From positions 1 through 28,774 of the forward strand of contig NW_021836333.1 of the NCBI RefSeq assembly GCF_006345805.1: a DNA stretch of 28,774 nt, read 5' to 3'. This DNA comes from Octopus sinensis (lineage: Eukaryota). Position numbers and translations under genes: made by a program. The notes beneath the pieces were generated by a model. It ran no database searches and was not told the origin of the DNA. It saw only the letters and a program-made list of their open reading frames with translations. Positions 1-10,576 of this stretch are shown in pieces (the first letter of the stretch is position 1; each line of letters starts with the position of its first letter).

Positions 1-240
1 CGACTTAATCTATTTGTCTGTCCTTGTTTGTCCTCTCTGTGTTTAGCCCCTTGTGGGTAGTAAAGAAATAGGTATTACGTCCGTCTTTACTTTCTGAGTT
101 CAAATCCCACCGATCTCAAATTTGCTTTTCACCCTTTCGGGGTTGATGAAATAAAACCCAGTTGCGCACTGGGATTGATGTAATCGATTAACCCCGTTAC
201 CTGAACTTGCTTGTCTTGTGCCAAAATCGAAAACCAATAT
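1..240 (+). mobile_element. SINE family A (tRNA-derived), 5'-truncated by window edge; linker plus second unit of the dimeric form
   Basis: 1-76 matches the linker at 8406-8471; then B-box-like TTCTGAGTTCAAATCCC, central domain TTTGCTTTTCACCCTTTCGGGGTTGATGAAAT and tail TTGTGCCAAAATCGAAAACC as in other copies in the window. Confidence 0.85.
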
Positions 241-249
241 AGTTATAGT

Positions 250-410
250 TGGGGCGGTGTATTAGCAGAGTCGTTAGAGAACCGAGGAAAAAAAATATGT
301 TGCAGCATTTGTCTCATCTGTTTGCAATCTTGGTTCAATCCTCGTCGGAGTCAGTTTTGACTCTCATCCTTTCGGGAACGATAAAATAAAGTAACCAATC
401 AAATATCTCC
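250..410 (+). mobile_element. SINE family A, degenerate copy
   Basis: Head GGCGGTGTATTAGCAGAGTCGTTAG, GGTTCAATCC B box, CTCATCCTTTCGGGAACGATAAAATAAAGTA central domain. Confidence 0.7.
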
Positions 411-440
411 CTTCAGAATGACCGGCCTTATCTGTTATGT

Positions 441-660
441 TTCATTTTTTTTTGGTCATTGGACTGCGGCCATGCTGGAAAACCGCCGTGAAAGATTTTA
501 GTACAACAGATCGACCCCAATACTTGTTTTTGGTTTTTATAGTGTAGCACTTATTTTATCGGTCTTTTTTACTGACGCGCTAAGTTACAGGGACGTAAAC
601 AAACCAACAAGTGGTGTGGATGGAGTACACGAACATACACACAACACACATACACACACA
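441..660 (-). mobile_element. SINE family C, 3' half
   Basis: Reverse complement contains GTTTACGTCCCTGTAACTTAGCG, AAAGACCGATAAAATAAG and tail GGCGGTTTTCCAGCATGGCCGCAGTCCAATGACC. Confidence 0.75.
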
Positions 661-1194
661 TATATATGTGTGTGTGGGGTCTCTCCTGTCTTAAGTGATA
701 TTGGTAACTAGAAATCCAGCACAAGCTGTCGCATGGTTGGGTCGTCGGCAACTAAACCGGCACCCCCACTCGGATTGCTTGGTGAGGAGGGTTGCTAAAA
801 ACTCAACAAAACTAAAAACAAGACCAAGCTAATGTACAGATGAATTTGGTGTCAGTTCAACAACTATCAAGCAATAGAACGGTCCCTCAGAAATTTCGCG
901 TTGACGTTCGCCACCACTCAGCTTTTGTGAAAGCATACCTCTAGGAGAAGATCATTCTGATATAAAACCAGACATGAAGGGAATGGCATTGGACATTTTG
1001 AGGATCTTTTGTTTGCGCTTCATATCATTGTTCTCCCATATTCCTGAGCCTGCGACCCTTATTGGCGCTGGGTATCTTGCCCTAGCTTGTCTCTGGATCA
1101 TGTCAGTAGGGCTGAAAGGGTTTGTGATATGTTGTACACGACTTATATTGGACATACAGTAATTTTAGGCTATGCAATGCCCGGTCGAATAGGA

Positions 1195-1504
1195 GGGCGC
1201 TGTGGCGAGCATCCAAGCCGTGGGTGTGAAACCCTCATTCACAGGTATTGCTGGCATTTTGCATGGACAATGGTCAGTGATGGGTTTCCTCGGTCACGAG
1301 TGGACAACCATCATGTATGTGTGTGTGTATGTGGGTGTATCTGTGTGTGTACATATACAGCGGCTTTCGACACAGTTCCCCACTCACAAATCATTGGTGA
1401 GCCCCGAGCTATAGCAGAGGACAGTTACCCAAAGTGCCTCACAGTGGGACCGAACCCGAAACCACACAGTTGCAAAGCAAACTTCTTAACCACACAGCCA
1501 GGCC
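1195..1504 (-). mobile_element. SINE family C head and core with an alternative 3' segment
   Basis: Reverse complement GGCCTGGCTGTGTGGTTAAGAAG...GGGTTCGGTCCCACTGTGAGGCACTTTGGGTAACTGTCCTCTGCTATAGC; beyond the internal microsatellite (1200-1310) it does not match the usual family C tail. Confidence 0.7.
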
Positions 1505-2121
1505 ATTACCTAATTCAGAAACGATTACTATTTATGGCGAGCCTCTCACCCCTCTCTTCCTAAATCCAAATTTTCTGGGCAATTGTTGATTTTCACACTC
1601 ATTTCCTCTCCATTATGTCTCACAGGAGATTCTACAAGAAGACACGATTCTCACCATTCTTCTGAAGAGCTTCATTTTTAATATTCGTTTGTGTGTCTTT
1701 TTCCTTCCATTTTCTTCTTATCTAAATATTTTCCTTCCGTGTTCTTCACTTCCCGTTTATTGTTTTCTTTTATTAAGACAAAATATTTATTCTTTATTTC
1801 CAGTTTCCTTATTAAACTAATCAGTCTCCTATGCTTGTTTTCATTTTCTAGACTCACTGTTTGTTATTTTGTACTAATAATAATTCTTTCTATCTCTCTG
1901 TGCCACGCACCATCTTTCCGGGTAAACTAAAACGAAACGGATCTCCGTCGTATGCTATGAGGATTCAGTGGTTCGATCGACTGAATTACCCGCTCTCGAA
2001 TCAACATGTTCGAAGCCGATTTTTCCATTGACGCATGTGTGCCCTAAATTTAATTCTCAGACAGAATCAGTGTGACACGGGGCGTGTGATGTAAGGTTTG
2101 AATTTCATGTACAATGAGTGC

Positions 2122-2473
2122 AGGCGTGACTAAATGTAAGAAGCTTGTTTCAAAATTGCATGGCTCTGGGTTCAGTCCCACTGCATGGCACCTTGAGCAA
2201 GTGTCTTCTTTATAGCCTCGGTCTGACCAAACACTTGTGTGCGGAAACTGAAAGACATCTGTGTGTGTGTGCTCCACCACCGCTTGATAACCAGTGTTGG
2301 TTTGTTTACGTTCTTGTGGTCCGGCAAAAGAGACCGATAGAATAAGTACCAAAGTACCAGGCTTCCGGAAAAAATAAAATAAAATAACATAAAATTATAA
2401 TAAGCACTAGGACCGATGTATCCAAGGCGGTGCTCCAGGATGGCCGCAGTTCAGTGACTGAAGCAATCAAAAT
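2122..2473 (+). mobile_element. SINE family C, near full length (CORE-like, possibly the Octopus OR2-type)
   Basis: tRNA-like head with GGGTTCAGTCCC B box, GCACCTTGAGCAAGTGTCTTCT core, internal (TG)n, tail GGCGGTGCTCCAGGATGGCCGCAGTTCAGTGACTGAAGC. Family name from recall only. Confidence 0.85.
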
Positions 2474-2482
2474 TCATCCAAG

Positions 2483-2618
2483 GGGCTTCTATGCAGTTTC
2501 TATTTTCTCATTTTCACTCACATGATATGGCTCGACCCGAGACAATAGGAACATATCAGACGGTGGGATCGAACCAAGGTCCTCAAGGTTGCAAAACGAA
2601 CTTCTTAGCCATTCAGCT
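2483..2618 (-). mobile_element. SINE family C head, degenerate
   Basis: Reverse complement AGCTGAATGGCTAAGAAGTTCGTTTTGCAACC...GGTTCGATCCCACCG resembles the family C head. Confidence 0.55.
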
Positions 2619-2674
2619 TCACTCTATCTCCAGTATTTTACATAGCAATAACCATGAAAATTTTGGCATAAGGA

Positions 2675-2767
2675 AAGTGGCTGAGTACTCCTCAGACATT
2701 TAGTACCTCGAGCAAAATGAGTGTGATACAACGTGTGACAAGGCTGTATCTCTTAAATTGCAGGTAC
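2675..2767 (-). mobile_element. SINE family B internal fragment
   Basis: Reverse complement has GTACCTGCAATTTAAGAGATACAGCCTTGTCACAC and GGAGTACTCAGCCACTT, matching 24067-24162. Confidence 0.55.
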
Positions 2768-2967
2768 AGTTCCTCTGTCGGGATTCTACGTAGTTTCCGT
2801 CCACCCCCATTCCACCCAAACTGTCCCGCGCATAGGTATGACTGTGTGGTCAGAAGTTTTCTCCGATATTGATTTGGGTTCAGGCAGCGGTGAATATCGA
2901 TCTCTCGAACACATTTAACTTCGAACTTCCAATCACCACTCGCTTGAAAGTGTACATAACTATTTCT

Positions 2968-3211
2968 ATTTTCATTTTTTGCTTGTTTCAGTCATTGGAT
3001 TGTGCGGCCATGTTGGAGCATCACCTTGGAGGGCTTTAGTCGAACAAATCGACTTCGGTACTTAAGTTGAATTTTTTTTTCTAATCTATAAGTCCAGCAC
3101 TAAGCCGCTAAGCTTCGGGGACGTGAACAAACTAACGCCGGTTCTCAAGCTGTAGATGGAGTAACAAACACAGGCACAATGACACACACACACACACAAC
3201 ACACACACACA

Positions 3212-3256
<45 letters not shown>

Positions 3257-3440
3257 TGTATACAGACACACACACATGATGGGCTTCCACACATTTTCTG
3301 TTTTCTGTCTACCAGATTCCCTCACAAGACATTGGTTGGTCCCAAGAAGACACTTATCCAAGATGCAACGCAATGGAATTGAACCGAGAACCACATAACT
3401 ACAAAACGACATCCTTACCGACACAGCCATACCTCCGCCT
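2968..3440 (-). mobile_element. SINE family C, full length with expanded internal (CA)n/(TA)n
   Basis: Head GGCTGTGTCGGTAAGG...GGTTCAATTCC at the 3440 end; tail GATGCTCCAACATGGCCGCACAATCCAATGACTGAAACAAGC at the 2980 end. Confidence 0.8.
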
Positions 3441-3817
3441 ACAACCAATGTATTTCTTCCTTATATTTTATTTCTCACATTTAACCAAATATTTAACATT
3501 TTAAACTGATTTTTCTCAAATTCTCGTCTCAAATTTTCTCCTTCATTTTCTCCTACATGCTGTATCTTATTAATTATACTTCCTCGTGGTTATTTCTAGG
3601 GTGGTGGGGTTCATTTAAATTCTCCAATTTCAGAATCTGAAATTAATGTCTTCGGTTTTTAATTAACTTCTCTCCTTTACTAAAATTAATTTGCTCCATT
3701 AATCTAATCCCATATTCATTTTCACATTAACAGCTGAAGTCATGGACTGTTTCACTGGTTTTTCTTTTCTTTCTTTCGCTGGATATATATCTTCAATAGT
3801 TTTAGATAATCCATAGA

Positions 3818-4165
3818 GGCGCAAGCACGACTGTGCGGTTAAGAGGCACGCTTTGCAGCCACGTGGTTTTGAGTTCAGTTCCACTTCGCGGCTGTTTGGA
3901 TTAGTACCTTCCACTATAGCGTCGTGTGTGAATGGGATAGACAGAAACTGTGTGGAAGCCCGCCATGTGTGTGTGTGTGTGTGTGTGGTGTGTTTGACCC
4001 CACTACCGTTTGTAGACGTCTCCGTATCTTAGCGGCTCGGCAAAAAAACGATACAAGAAACTCCAAGCGTTTAAAACGAAAACCACTTATGTAGTTTGAG
4101 TCGTTTAAGATAGTGCTCCAGCATGGTCGCAGTCCAATGACTGAAACAAGTAAATGACTAAAAAA
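3818..4165 (+). mobile_element. SINE family C, full length
   Basis: GGCGCAAGCACGACTGTGCGGTTAAG head, GAGTTCAGTTCC B box, internal (TG)n, tail GTGCTCCAGCATGGTCGCAGTCCAATGACTGAAACAAG. Confidence 0.8.
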
Positions 4166-4187
4166 TGTTAGAAATTAGGAATAATTC

Positions 4188-4468
4188 GTTGTTGTTGTTG
4201 TTGTTGTTGTTGCGGTGGTGATGGTGGTGGTTGTGCTGGTGGAGGTGGAGGTGGAGGTGGTGGTGGTGGTGGTGGTGATGGTGGTTGCTGGTGTTGTTTT
4301 TGTTGTTGTGGTGGTGGTGATGGTGGTGGTGGTGGTGGCGGTGTTGGTGGTGGTTGCTATTGCTGTTATGGTGGTGAGGGTGGTGGTGGTGGTGTTGGTG
4401 GTTGTGGTGGCGGTGGTGGTGGTAGTGGTGGTGGTGGTGATGGTGGTTGCTGGTGTTGCTGTTGTTAT
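4188..4468. repeat. (GTT)n/(GGT)n compound trinucleotide microsatellite
   Basis: Directly visible. Confidence 0.95.
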
Positions 4469-4662
4469 TTAGCAGAATTGTTAGAATGCGGGCAAAATGC
4501 TCCTGGCTTTACATTTTGAGTTCAAATTCGACCGAGCCCGACTCTTCTTTTTCCCCTTCGGGGTTGATAAATAAGTACCAGTTGTGTACTGGAGCCCAGA
4601 TAATTGACCTACCCCTCTACTCAAAATTTCAGTCCTTACCTATAACAGAAAGCATTATTATT
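4469..4662 (+). mobile_element. SINE family A, monomeric copy ending in (ATT)n
   Basis: TAGCAGAATTGTTAG head, GAGTTCAAATTC B box, CCCCTTCGGGGTTGATAAATAAGTACCAGTT domain, tail AGAAAGCATTATTATT. Confidence 0.75.
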
Positions 4663-4883
4663 TCAACATTCTTTGTATGTCACCCCTATGATGGAATTTA
4701 GGTGGGTTTACACTTGGATAACAAGTCACCACCTGTCATCACAGCCATCTTAGAACTTTCAAATAATCTTTGCCGTTCCTAACAAGCAGACCAGTTGCAT
4801 GTATTCTGTCTGCTTCTGCAAACCAATCTTTTCTGCCAATTCCTTGAGCCTCTTTCACATCTTCTTAAGGTTCCTTAAGGACC
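4654..4883 (-). mobile_element. R4/Dong-clade non-LTR retrotransposon 3' end (fragment 2): endonuclease C-terminus plus 3' UTR
   Basis: Minus-strand translation KRLKELAEKIGLQKQTEYMQLVCLLGTAKII*K fits the LLGTAxILRKVL terminus; UTR ends in TGAAATAATAAT. Confidence 0.65.
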
Positions 4884-5160
4884 ACATACAGACAGTACTT
4901 TACGCAATATACGTGCAGTTCCGAGTAATGCCAACTTTTACAATAAATCTAGGTTGTAGAGTATTTCTAGGGTTTCAGATGTTTTTTTCAGACTGGGTGG
5001 TATTGAATCCAATGCTCCGATGACAATAGGGATAACCTCTATGTTCGACTTTCGTAGCTGCCACATCTTACGCGATCTCAATTCTCAGCTCTCCATATTT
5101 ATCAACCATTTCTCTTTCTTTCTTGCTCATATATTGATCTCCTGGCACTGCCACGTCGAT
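4884..5160 (-). mobile_element. R4/Dong-clade non-LTR retrotransposon, 5'-truncated restriction-like endonuclease fragment (dead)
   Basis: Minus-strand translation IDVAVPGDQYMSKKEREMVDKYGELRIEIA-(frameshift at 5070)-KMWQLRKSNIEVIPIVIGALDSIPPSLKKTSETLEILYNLDLL*KLALLGTARILRKVLSV; abuts the (TTA)n array at 5161. Confidence 0.85.
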
Positions 5161-5284
5161 TATTATTATTATTATTATTTATTATTATTATTATTATTAA
5201 TATTATTATTATTATTATTATTATATTATTTATCATCATCCTCATCATATTATTATTATTATTATCATCATCATCATATTATTA

Positions 5285-5327
<43 letters not shown>

Positions 5328-5570
5328 ATTATTATTATCATCATCATCATCATTATTATTATTATTATTCTCATCATCATCATCATTATATCTTATTCTA
5401 TTATTATTATTATTATTATTATTATATTATTATTATCATATCATCATTATTATTTCATCTATCATCATCATCATCATCATCATTATTATTATTATATTAT
5501 TATCATTATCATCATCATCATCATTATTATTATTATTATTATCATCATCATCATCATTATTATCATTATT

Positions 5571-5600
<30 letters not shown>
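5161..5600. repeat. (TTA)n/(TCA)n compound microsatellite
   Basis: Directly visible. Confidence 0.95.
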
Positions 5601-5601
<1 letters not shown>

Positions 5602-5689
5602 AACATGTAAAAAAAAGCGCTGAACCAGTAGATTTATTAGGGCATTGGACAAAAGCTCTATGTGTTGTTAGATCAGGTTTGTCTTTGGG

Positions 5690-5930
5690 CTCAACAACAA
5701 GGACAATAACAGCAATTACATCAATAACAAATGCAATAACAAACAACAAAAACAACAATAATTTCAACTCTGCGAACGACAGCAATTGTTATAACAAAGA
5801 CAAAAGAACAACGACAATAACATCAGCAACAATTATAAAAAGAAGCATAACACAAACATAACAGCAACAACAACCAAAGTAACAACAAATCTACATGAAG
5901 AGAAAACAACAACAACAACAACAACAACTG
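5690..5930. repeat. Degenerate (CAA/ACA)n low-complexity tract
   Basis: Directly visible. Confidence 0.85.
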
Positions 5931-6044
5931 CGGTATTACTCGTTACGTAGCATGAAGTAAAATGGCGGCGGTAAATTCACGAAATTCTCGATTGACGAGA
6001 GAATAATCATGGCGGAGCTTCTTAAATACCAAGTCAGCCATGGA

Positions 6045-6068
6045 ATGTGTGTGCGTGAGTGTGTGTGT

Positions 6069-6101
<33 letters not shown>

Positions 6102-6660
6102 TGTGTTGTGTGTACGTGTTTAGGTATTTGCGTGTGAGTGTATGATATTCGTGTTTATGTGTGTTAGTATGTGTGTGTATGTGTGTGAGAGAGAGTGAGT
6201 GAAAGTTTATGGGTGATGCAGCATATCGATGTGTGTGTGTGTGTTGGTGGATGTGTATGAGTATGTATGTATGTATGTGAGAGTGACTATGTGTATAGTT
6301 AGTATGTGTATTTATGTGTATATGTGTGCAACAAAGAAAGTGTTTGAGCAGTTTAAATAATATGTGAGTCTTTGTGTGTGTGGTGTGTGTGTATGCTCGT
6401 ATATACTTATGTGAATGTGTGTATACGCTTGCGTGCTTGTATGTGTGTTCGTATACATGTATACGTAAGTGTATGTATATGAATGTATAGCTATGTATTA
6501 TGGGTGTGTAGGTTCGTATACATTTGTGTGCCTGGTCATGTGTACGCATGTAGACGTGTATGTATTTGTATGCTCCTTTCTGTATGAGTGTGTGGTCCAA
6601 TATATTACAGCGTATGTGTAAGTATTCATATATGTGTGTGTGGATGGGAGATGTTTGTAT
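6045..6660. repeat. Degenerate (GT)n/(GTAT)n microsatellite tract
   Basis: Directly visible. Confidence 0.9.
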
Positions 6661-6833
6661 ATGACGATATATCCTAATAGACCGATTGATATACAACATC
6701 TGGCAGTGATATCACTGTAACAATGTGTTAAGGTCACAAGCGACAGAGATGTCGCTCCAATATCACTCTATTCAGTGTACGTGATATCACGTCTGACAGA
6801 TGTAATGTTACTTCAAATGGTGATATAACTACA

Positions 6834-7000
6834 ATGGTTTCAAATTTTTGGCACATGTGACTGGTACTTATTTTATCGACCTCGAAAGGATGAAAGGCAA
6901 AGTCGACCTCAGCGGAATTTGAACTCAAAACGTAAAGAACGGGAACGAATGTCGCTAAACATTTTCCCCGATGCTGAACCAATTCTGCCAGCTGGCCGCC
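6834..7000 (-). mobile_element. SINE family A, internally deleted copy
   Basis: Reverse complement GGCGGCCAGCTGGCAGAATTGGTTCAGC...GAGTTCAAATTCCGCTGAGGTCGACTTTGCCTTTCATCCTTTCGAGGTCGATAAAATAAGTACCAG then tail TGTGCCAAAAATTTGAAACC. Confidence 0.85.
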
Positions 7001-7204
7001 TCAACTAGTGATATAATATTACATTAACGGTTTATCTCGTTGGAATTTATGCGATAATATTTCCTCTGACAGTTTATATATCACTCAAATTTATCAACCA
7101 TGTAATATCGTTATGGCGGTAAGTCGTAATTTTGTTAATGTGTTGTTGATTGCTGTTTAAACTTAAGAACGGCAATTCGTAGCGAGCAATGAACACCGAA
7201 TTCT

Positions 7205-7810
7205 TTGCCGATTTTTTTCGATTCCACTGGACAAGTGTACGAGTTTGCTTGTTGTCTTTGTGCCTTAGGACATGTCTGACCCAGCGGAACTTGAGCTTTC
7301 GTTATTCTTCGATTACATCGATCATTCTACCCCATTATCGGATTAATTCCTTTCGTATTCTTCGTTCGTACTCCTGGTGTGGATCTTTCAGTCCTCAGTG
7401 TTCTGGTCAGTTGCTGTTCTTTAGAAGCTCGACGTTGATGTTGCCACCACCATTCCAGTTAACGTCTCCGACGCCTGTTTCCGAAAGTCAGGTGACGAGC
7501 TTTGGAGAGATGGTATCCACTGCCGTTTTAAGGTATTGGCACACTGCGTGGTTGTCCGGGTGCCTCACGAGTCCAGGGCCTCAACTATGATTCAATGTAC
7601 GATGAGAATCGCTGTCAATACGTAGACATTACAGGGCCTGGAGCACTGATTTGCCCCCACAAGCCTATAATGTTGCTAAGTGCTGTGTCGATGCCTCCTT
7701 GTTTGACACCCTCTCCGACAGGAACTCTTACGGATGGTGACAGTAAAGCTACGTCTGGGGTACATCCTGAATCTATATCCAAAGAGACGCTTCATATATT
7801 GAACCTCGAT
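7205..7810 (-). mobile_element. RTE-clade LINE reverse-transcriptase remnant (frameshifts, stops, insertion, deletion)
   Basis: Minus-strand pieces IEVQYMKRL / DIDSGCTPDVALLSPSVRVPVGEGVKQG / DTISPKLVT*LSETGVGDVNWNGGGNINVELLKN / IDVIEE*RKLKFRWVRHVLRHKDNKQTRTLVQWN match the RTE GVKQGDTISPKLF motif and the C-terminal KLKWRWAGHV region. Confidence 0.8.
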
Positions 7811-8064
7811 CAATTGCATGGTCACAACACAAAGATAAACAGATGGTGTTAGTACAGGGATCGAAGGGTCCGAGAAATAGGAAGAGTGAAGTGAATTAAC
7901 GTTTCGGATTGTTGCCCTTCTTTGAAATAGGATGTAGAGTGAACAGAGGGGAGAAATTGCGTGGAAAACGAGGGGGTGGGGATGAATAGGACAACTGAAC
8001 AGAAAATTCTGCTGGGAATTGTCTACACGGTAACCGGTACCCACTCAAGAAAACGCGCGCACTC

Positions 8065-8107
8065 GTGTGTATCTGTGTATGTGTCTGTGTGTGCGTGGTG
8101 TGTGTGC

Positions 8108-8144
<37 letters not shown>

Positions 8145-8210
8145 TGTGTGTGTGTGGTGTTTGTGTGTGTGTGGTGTGTGTGTGTGTGTGTACGTGTGTG
8201 TTTGTGTATA
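8065..8210. repeat. (GT)n microsatellite
   Basis: Directly visible. Confidence 0.95.
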
Positions 8211-8232
8211 TTATATTATATTATATTATTAA

Positions 8233-8620
8233 GGCGGCGAGCTGGCAGAAACGTTAGCACGCCGGGCGAAATGCTTATTGGTATTTCGTCTGCCGTTACG
8301 TTCTGAGATCAAATTCCGCCGAGGTCAACTTTGCCTTTCATCCTTTCGGGGTCGATAAATTAAGTACCAGTTACGCACTGGGGTTGATATAATCGACTTA
8401 ATCTGTTTGTCTGTCCTTGTTTGTCCTCTCTGTGTTTAGCCTCTTGTGGGTAGTAAAGAAATGGGTATTTCTTCTATTTGCCTTTCATCATAAATTTTGC
8501 CTTTCATCGTTTTTGCCTTTCATCATAAATTAAGTGCCAGCTGCGTACTGGGGTCGATCTAATCGACTGCCCGCCTCTCTCCCCAAAATATCGGGCCTTG
8601 TTCCTAGAGTAGAAAATATT
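8233..8620 (+). mobile_element. SINE family A, well-preserved dimeric copy with rearranged second unit
   Basis: A-box-like TGGCAGAAACGTTAGC, B-box-like GAGATCAAATTCC, central GAGGTCAACTTTGCCTTTCATCCTTTCGGGGTCGATAAATTAAGTACCAG, linker, then a stuttered second unit and tail GGCCTTGTTCCTAGAGTAGAAAATATTAT. Confidence 0.9.
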
Positions 8621-8633
8621 ATATCATATTACT

Positions 8634-8852
8634 GTGGTGACCTGGCAGAATCGTTAGCATGTCGGACAAAACAATCAGCAACATTTCCGCTGGTTCTTTA
8701 CGATCTGAGTTCAAACCCTACTGAGGTCATCATTGCCTTTCATCTTCCCGGGGACGATAAAATAAAGTACGAGTCTGGTACAGAGGTCGATGTAATCTAT
8801 TTACTCCCCCTCCCCTCAAAAATGTTGGCTTTGTATCACAATTACAAAGAAT
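8634..8852 (+). mobile_element. SINE family A, monomeric copy
   Basis: TGGCAGAATCGTTAGC head, GAGTTCAAACCC B box, TTGCCTTTCATCTTCCCGGGGACGATAAAATAAAGTAC domain. Confidence 0.8.
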
Positions 8853-9339
8853 TGTATGTGAATATGTGCTTGTGTGTGTATGTATTTGTGTATGTATGTA
8901 TGTATATGGTTATGGTGGATGTGAGGTAGTTTTTGCTAATGAAACTACACACACAAACACATACACATACACACACATACACACACACATACACACATAC
9001 GTGTGCATATACCGAATCAACAAGAAAAACAACATAAAAACACCTAGAAAAACATTATTATATCTAAGCTATCAGATTAAACAACGTCTAAAAGCAACAT
9101 CTTTTGATATTTGGTGTATGTTTGAGCCGTGGTATTTGGGTACGAATACCCCGATTGTTGGGTGGGATGGAATACTTGACGGGTGGTGTATGGGGTAGGG
9201 TACTCCGTCATGGCAAAGGTACAGGTACATAGCAGGTGGATAATTGATGGATTGCACCCGAATAATGCAGTTTTAGTGAAGGAGGTTTGAATGTTCTGTA
9301 ACAGTCTATATACACTGCATATTTGGGGACGTGTGTGTT

Positions 9340-9488
9340 TGTGTGTTTTGGGGCATGCGTGTTTCAGTATGTGTGTGTGTGTGTGTGTGTGCGTGTGTAT
9401 GTGTGTGTTGTGTTCATGGATACGTATTTACTCATACATGTGGCTTAACATAATTAAAGGACTGTTATAATCGACTCCTTTATATATA

Positions 9489-9520
<32 letters not shown>

Positions 9521-9856
9521 CATATATATATATATATATATATGTGTGTGTATGTGTGTATGTATGTGTGTATGTGTATATGTGTGTGTGTATGTGTGAT
9601 GTGTGTGTCTGAGATATAGTATGGTTATATACATATGTACGTATACACACACACATACAAACATACATACACATATACATACATGCATATATGCAAACAC
9701 ACACACCACCACACACACAACACACATATATATATATACATACATACACACACAATATTTATACATACATACACACACACCATAATATATATATATATAA
9801 TATATATATATATAATATATATATATATACATATTACATACATATTATACATACAT

Positions 9857-9901
<45 letters not shown>

Positions 9902-9916
9902 TATATATATATATAT

Positions 9917-9948
<32 letters not shown>

Positions 9949-9975
9949 ATATATATATGTATGTTGTATATACAT
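9340..9975. repeat. Compound (GT)n/(TA)n/(CA)n microsatellite region
   Basis: Directly visible, with a short non-repetitive spacer at about 9415-9480. Confidence 0.9.
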
Positions 9976-10139
9976 GCATATCGTAACAAAGATGGTTATC
10001 TTGTCTCGCTCTCAGATTTACTGATTTGCACTGGATGGTCATTGTGGAAATGGTAAAGTGTCTGATACACACACACATACATATACATACATAGGTACAT
10101 TCCTAAACATTCACAAACACGCACACGCACACACATACT

Positions 10140-10520
10140 CGTGCTGGTAATGATAAGTATGGATGGTGGTGGCGGTGGTGGTGGTGTCACTGTGTTGATA
10201 ATAGTGGCGATGGTGGTCGTGGTGGCCGTAGTTTTGACAGTAACGGTGGAGGGAGTGGTGGAAGTGTTAATGGTGATGGCGGTAGTGGTGACGGCGGATG
10301 GCGTTTGCGGCGATAGTGACTGGGGTTGCGGCGCCTGTGGATGCGGCAGCGGCTTTAGTAGTGAGTAATATTGGCGGCGGCGGCGCTGTTGTTGATGCCA
10401 GTGGTGGTAGTGGTGGGAGTGAAGACTCAACCAACACAAACCTCAACACGTCTACCAACAACATCATCAACGCAACCATCATTACCTCTAATTCTTTCTT
10501 GCTTTCTTGCTTTCTTTCGT

Positions 10521-10575
<55 letters not shown>

Positions 10576-10576
10576 A
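10140..10576. repeat. Degenerate (GGT/GGC)n tract followed by (TTTC)n (10493-10576)
   Basis: Directly visible. Confidence 0.85.

Noticed and set aside
678-1190. Non-repetitive-looking segment, possibly a LINE 5' region
   Set aside because: No translated motif or in-window homologue found; left unclassified.
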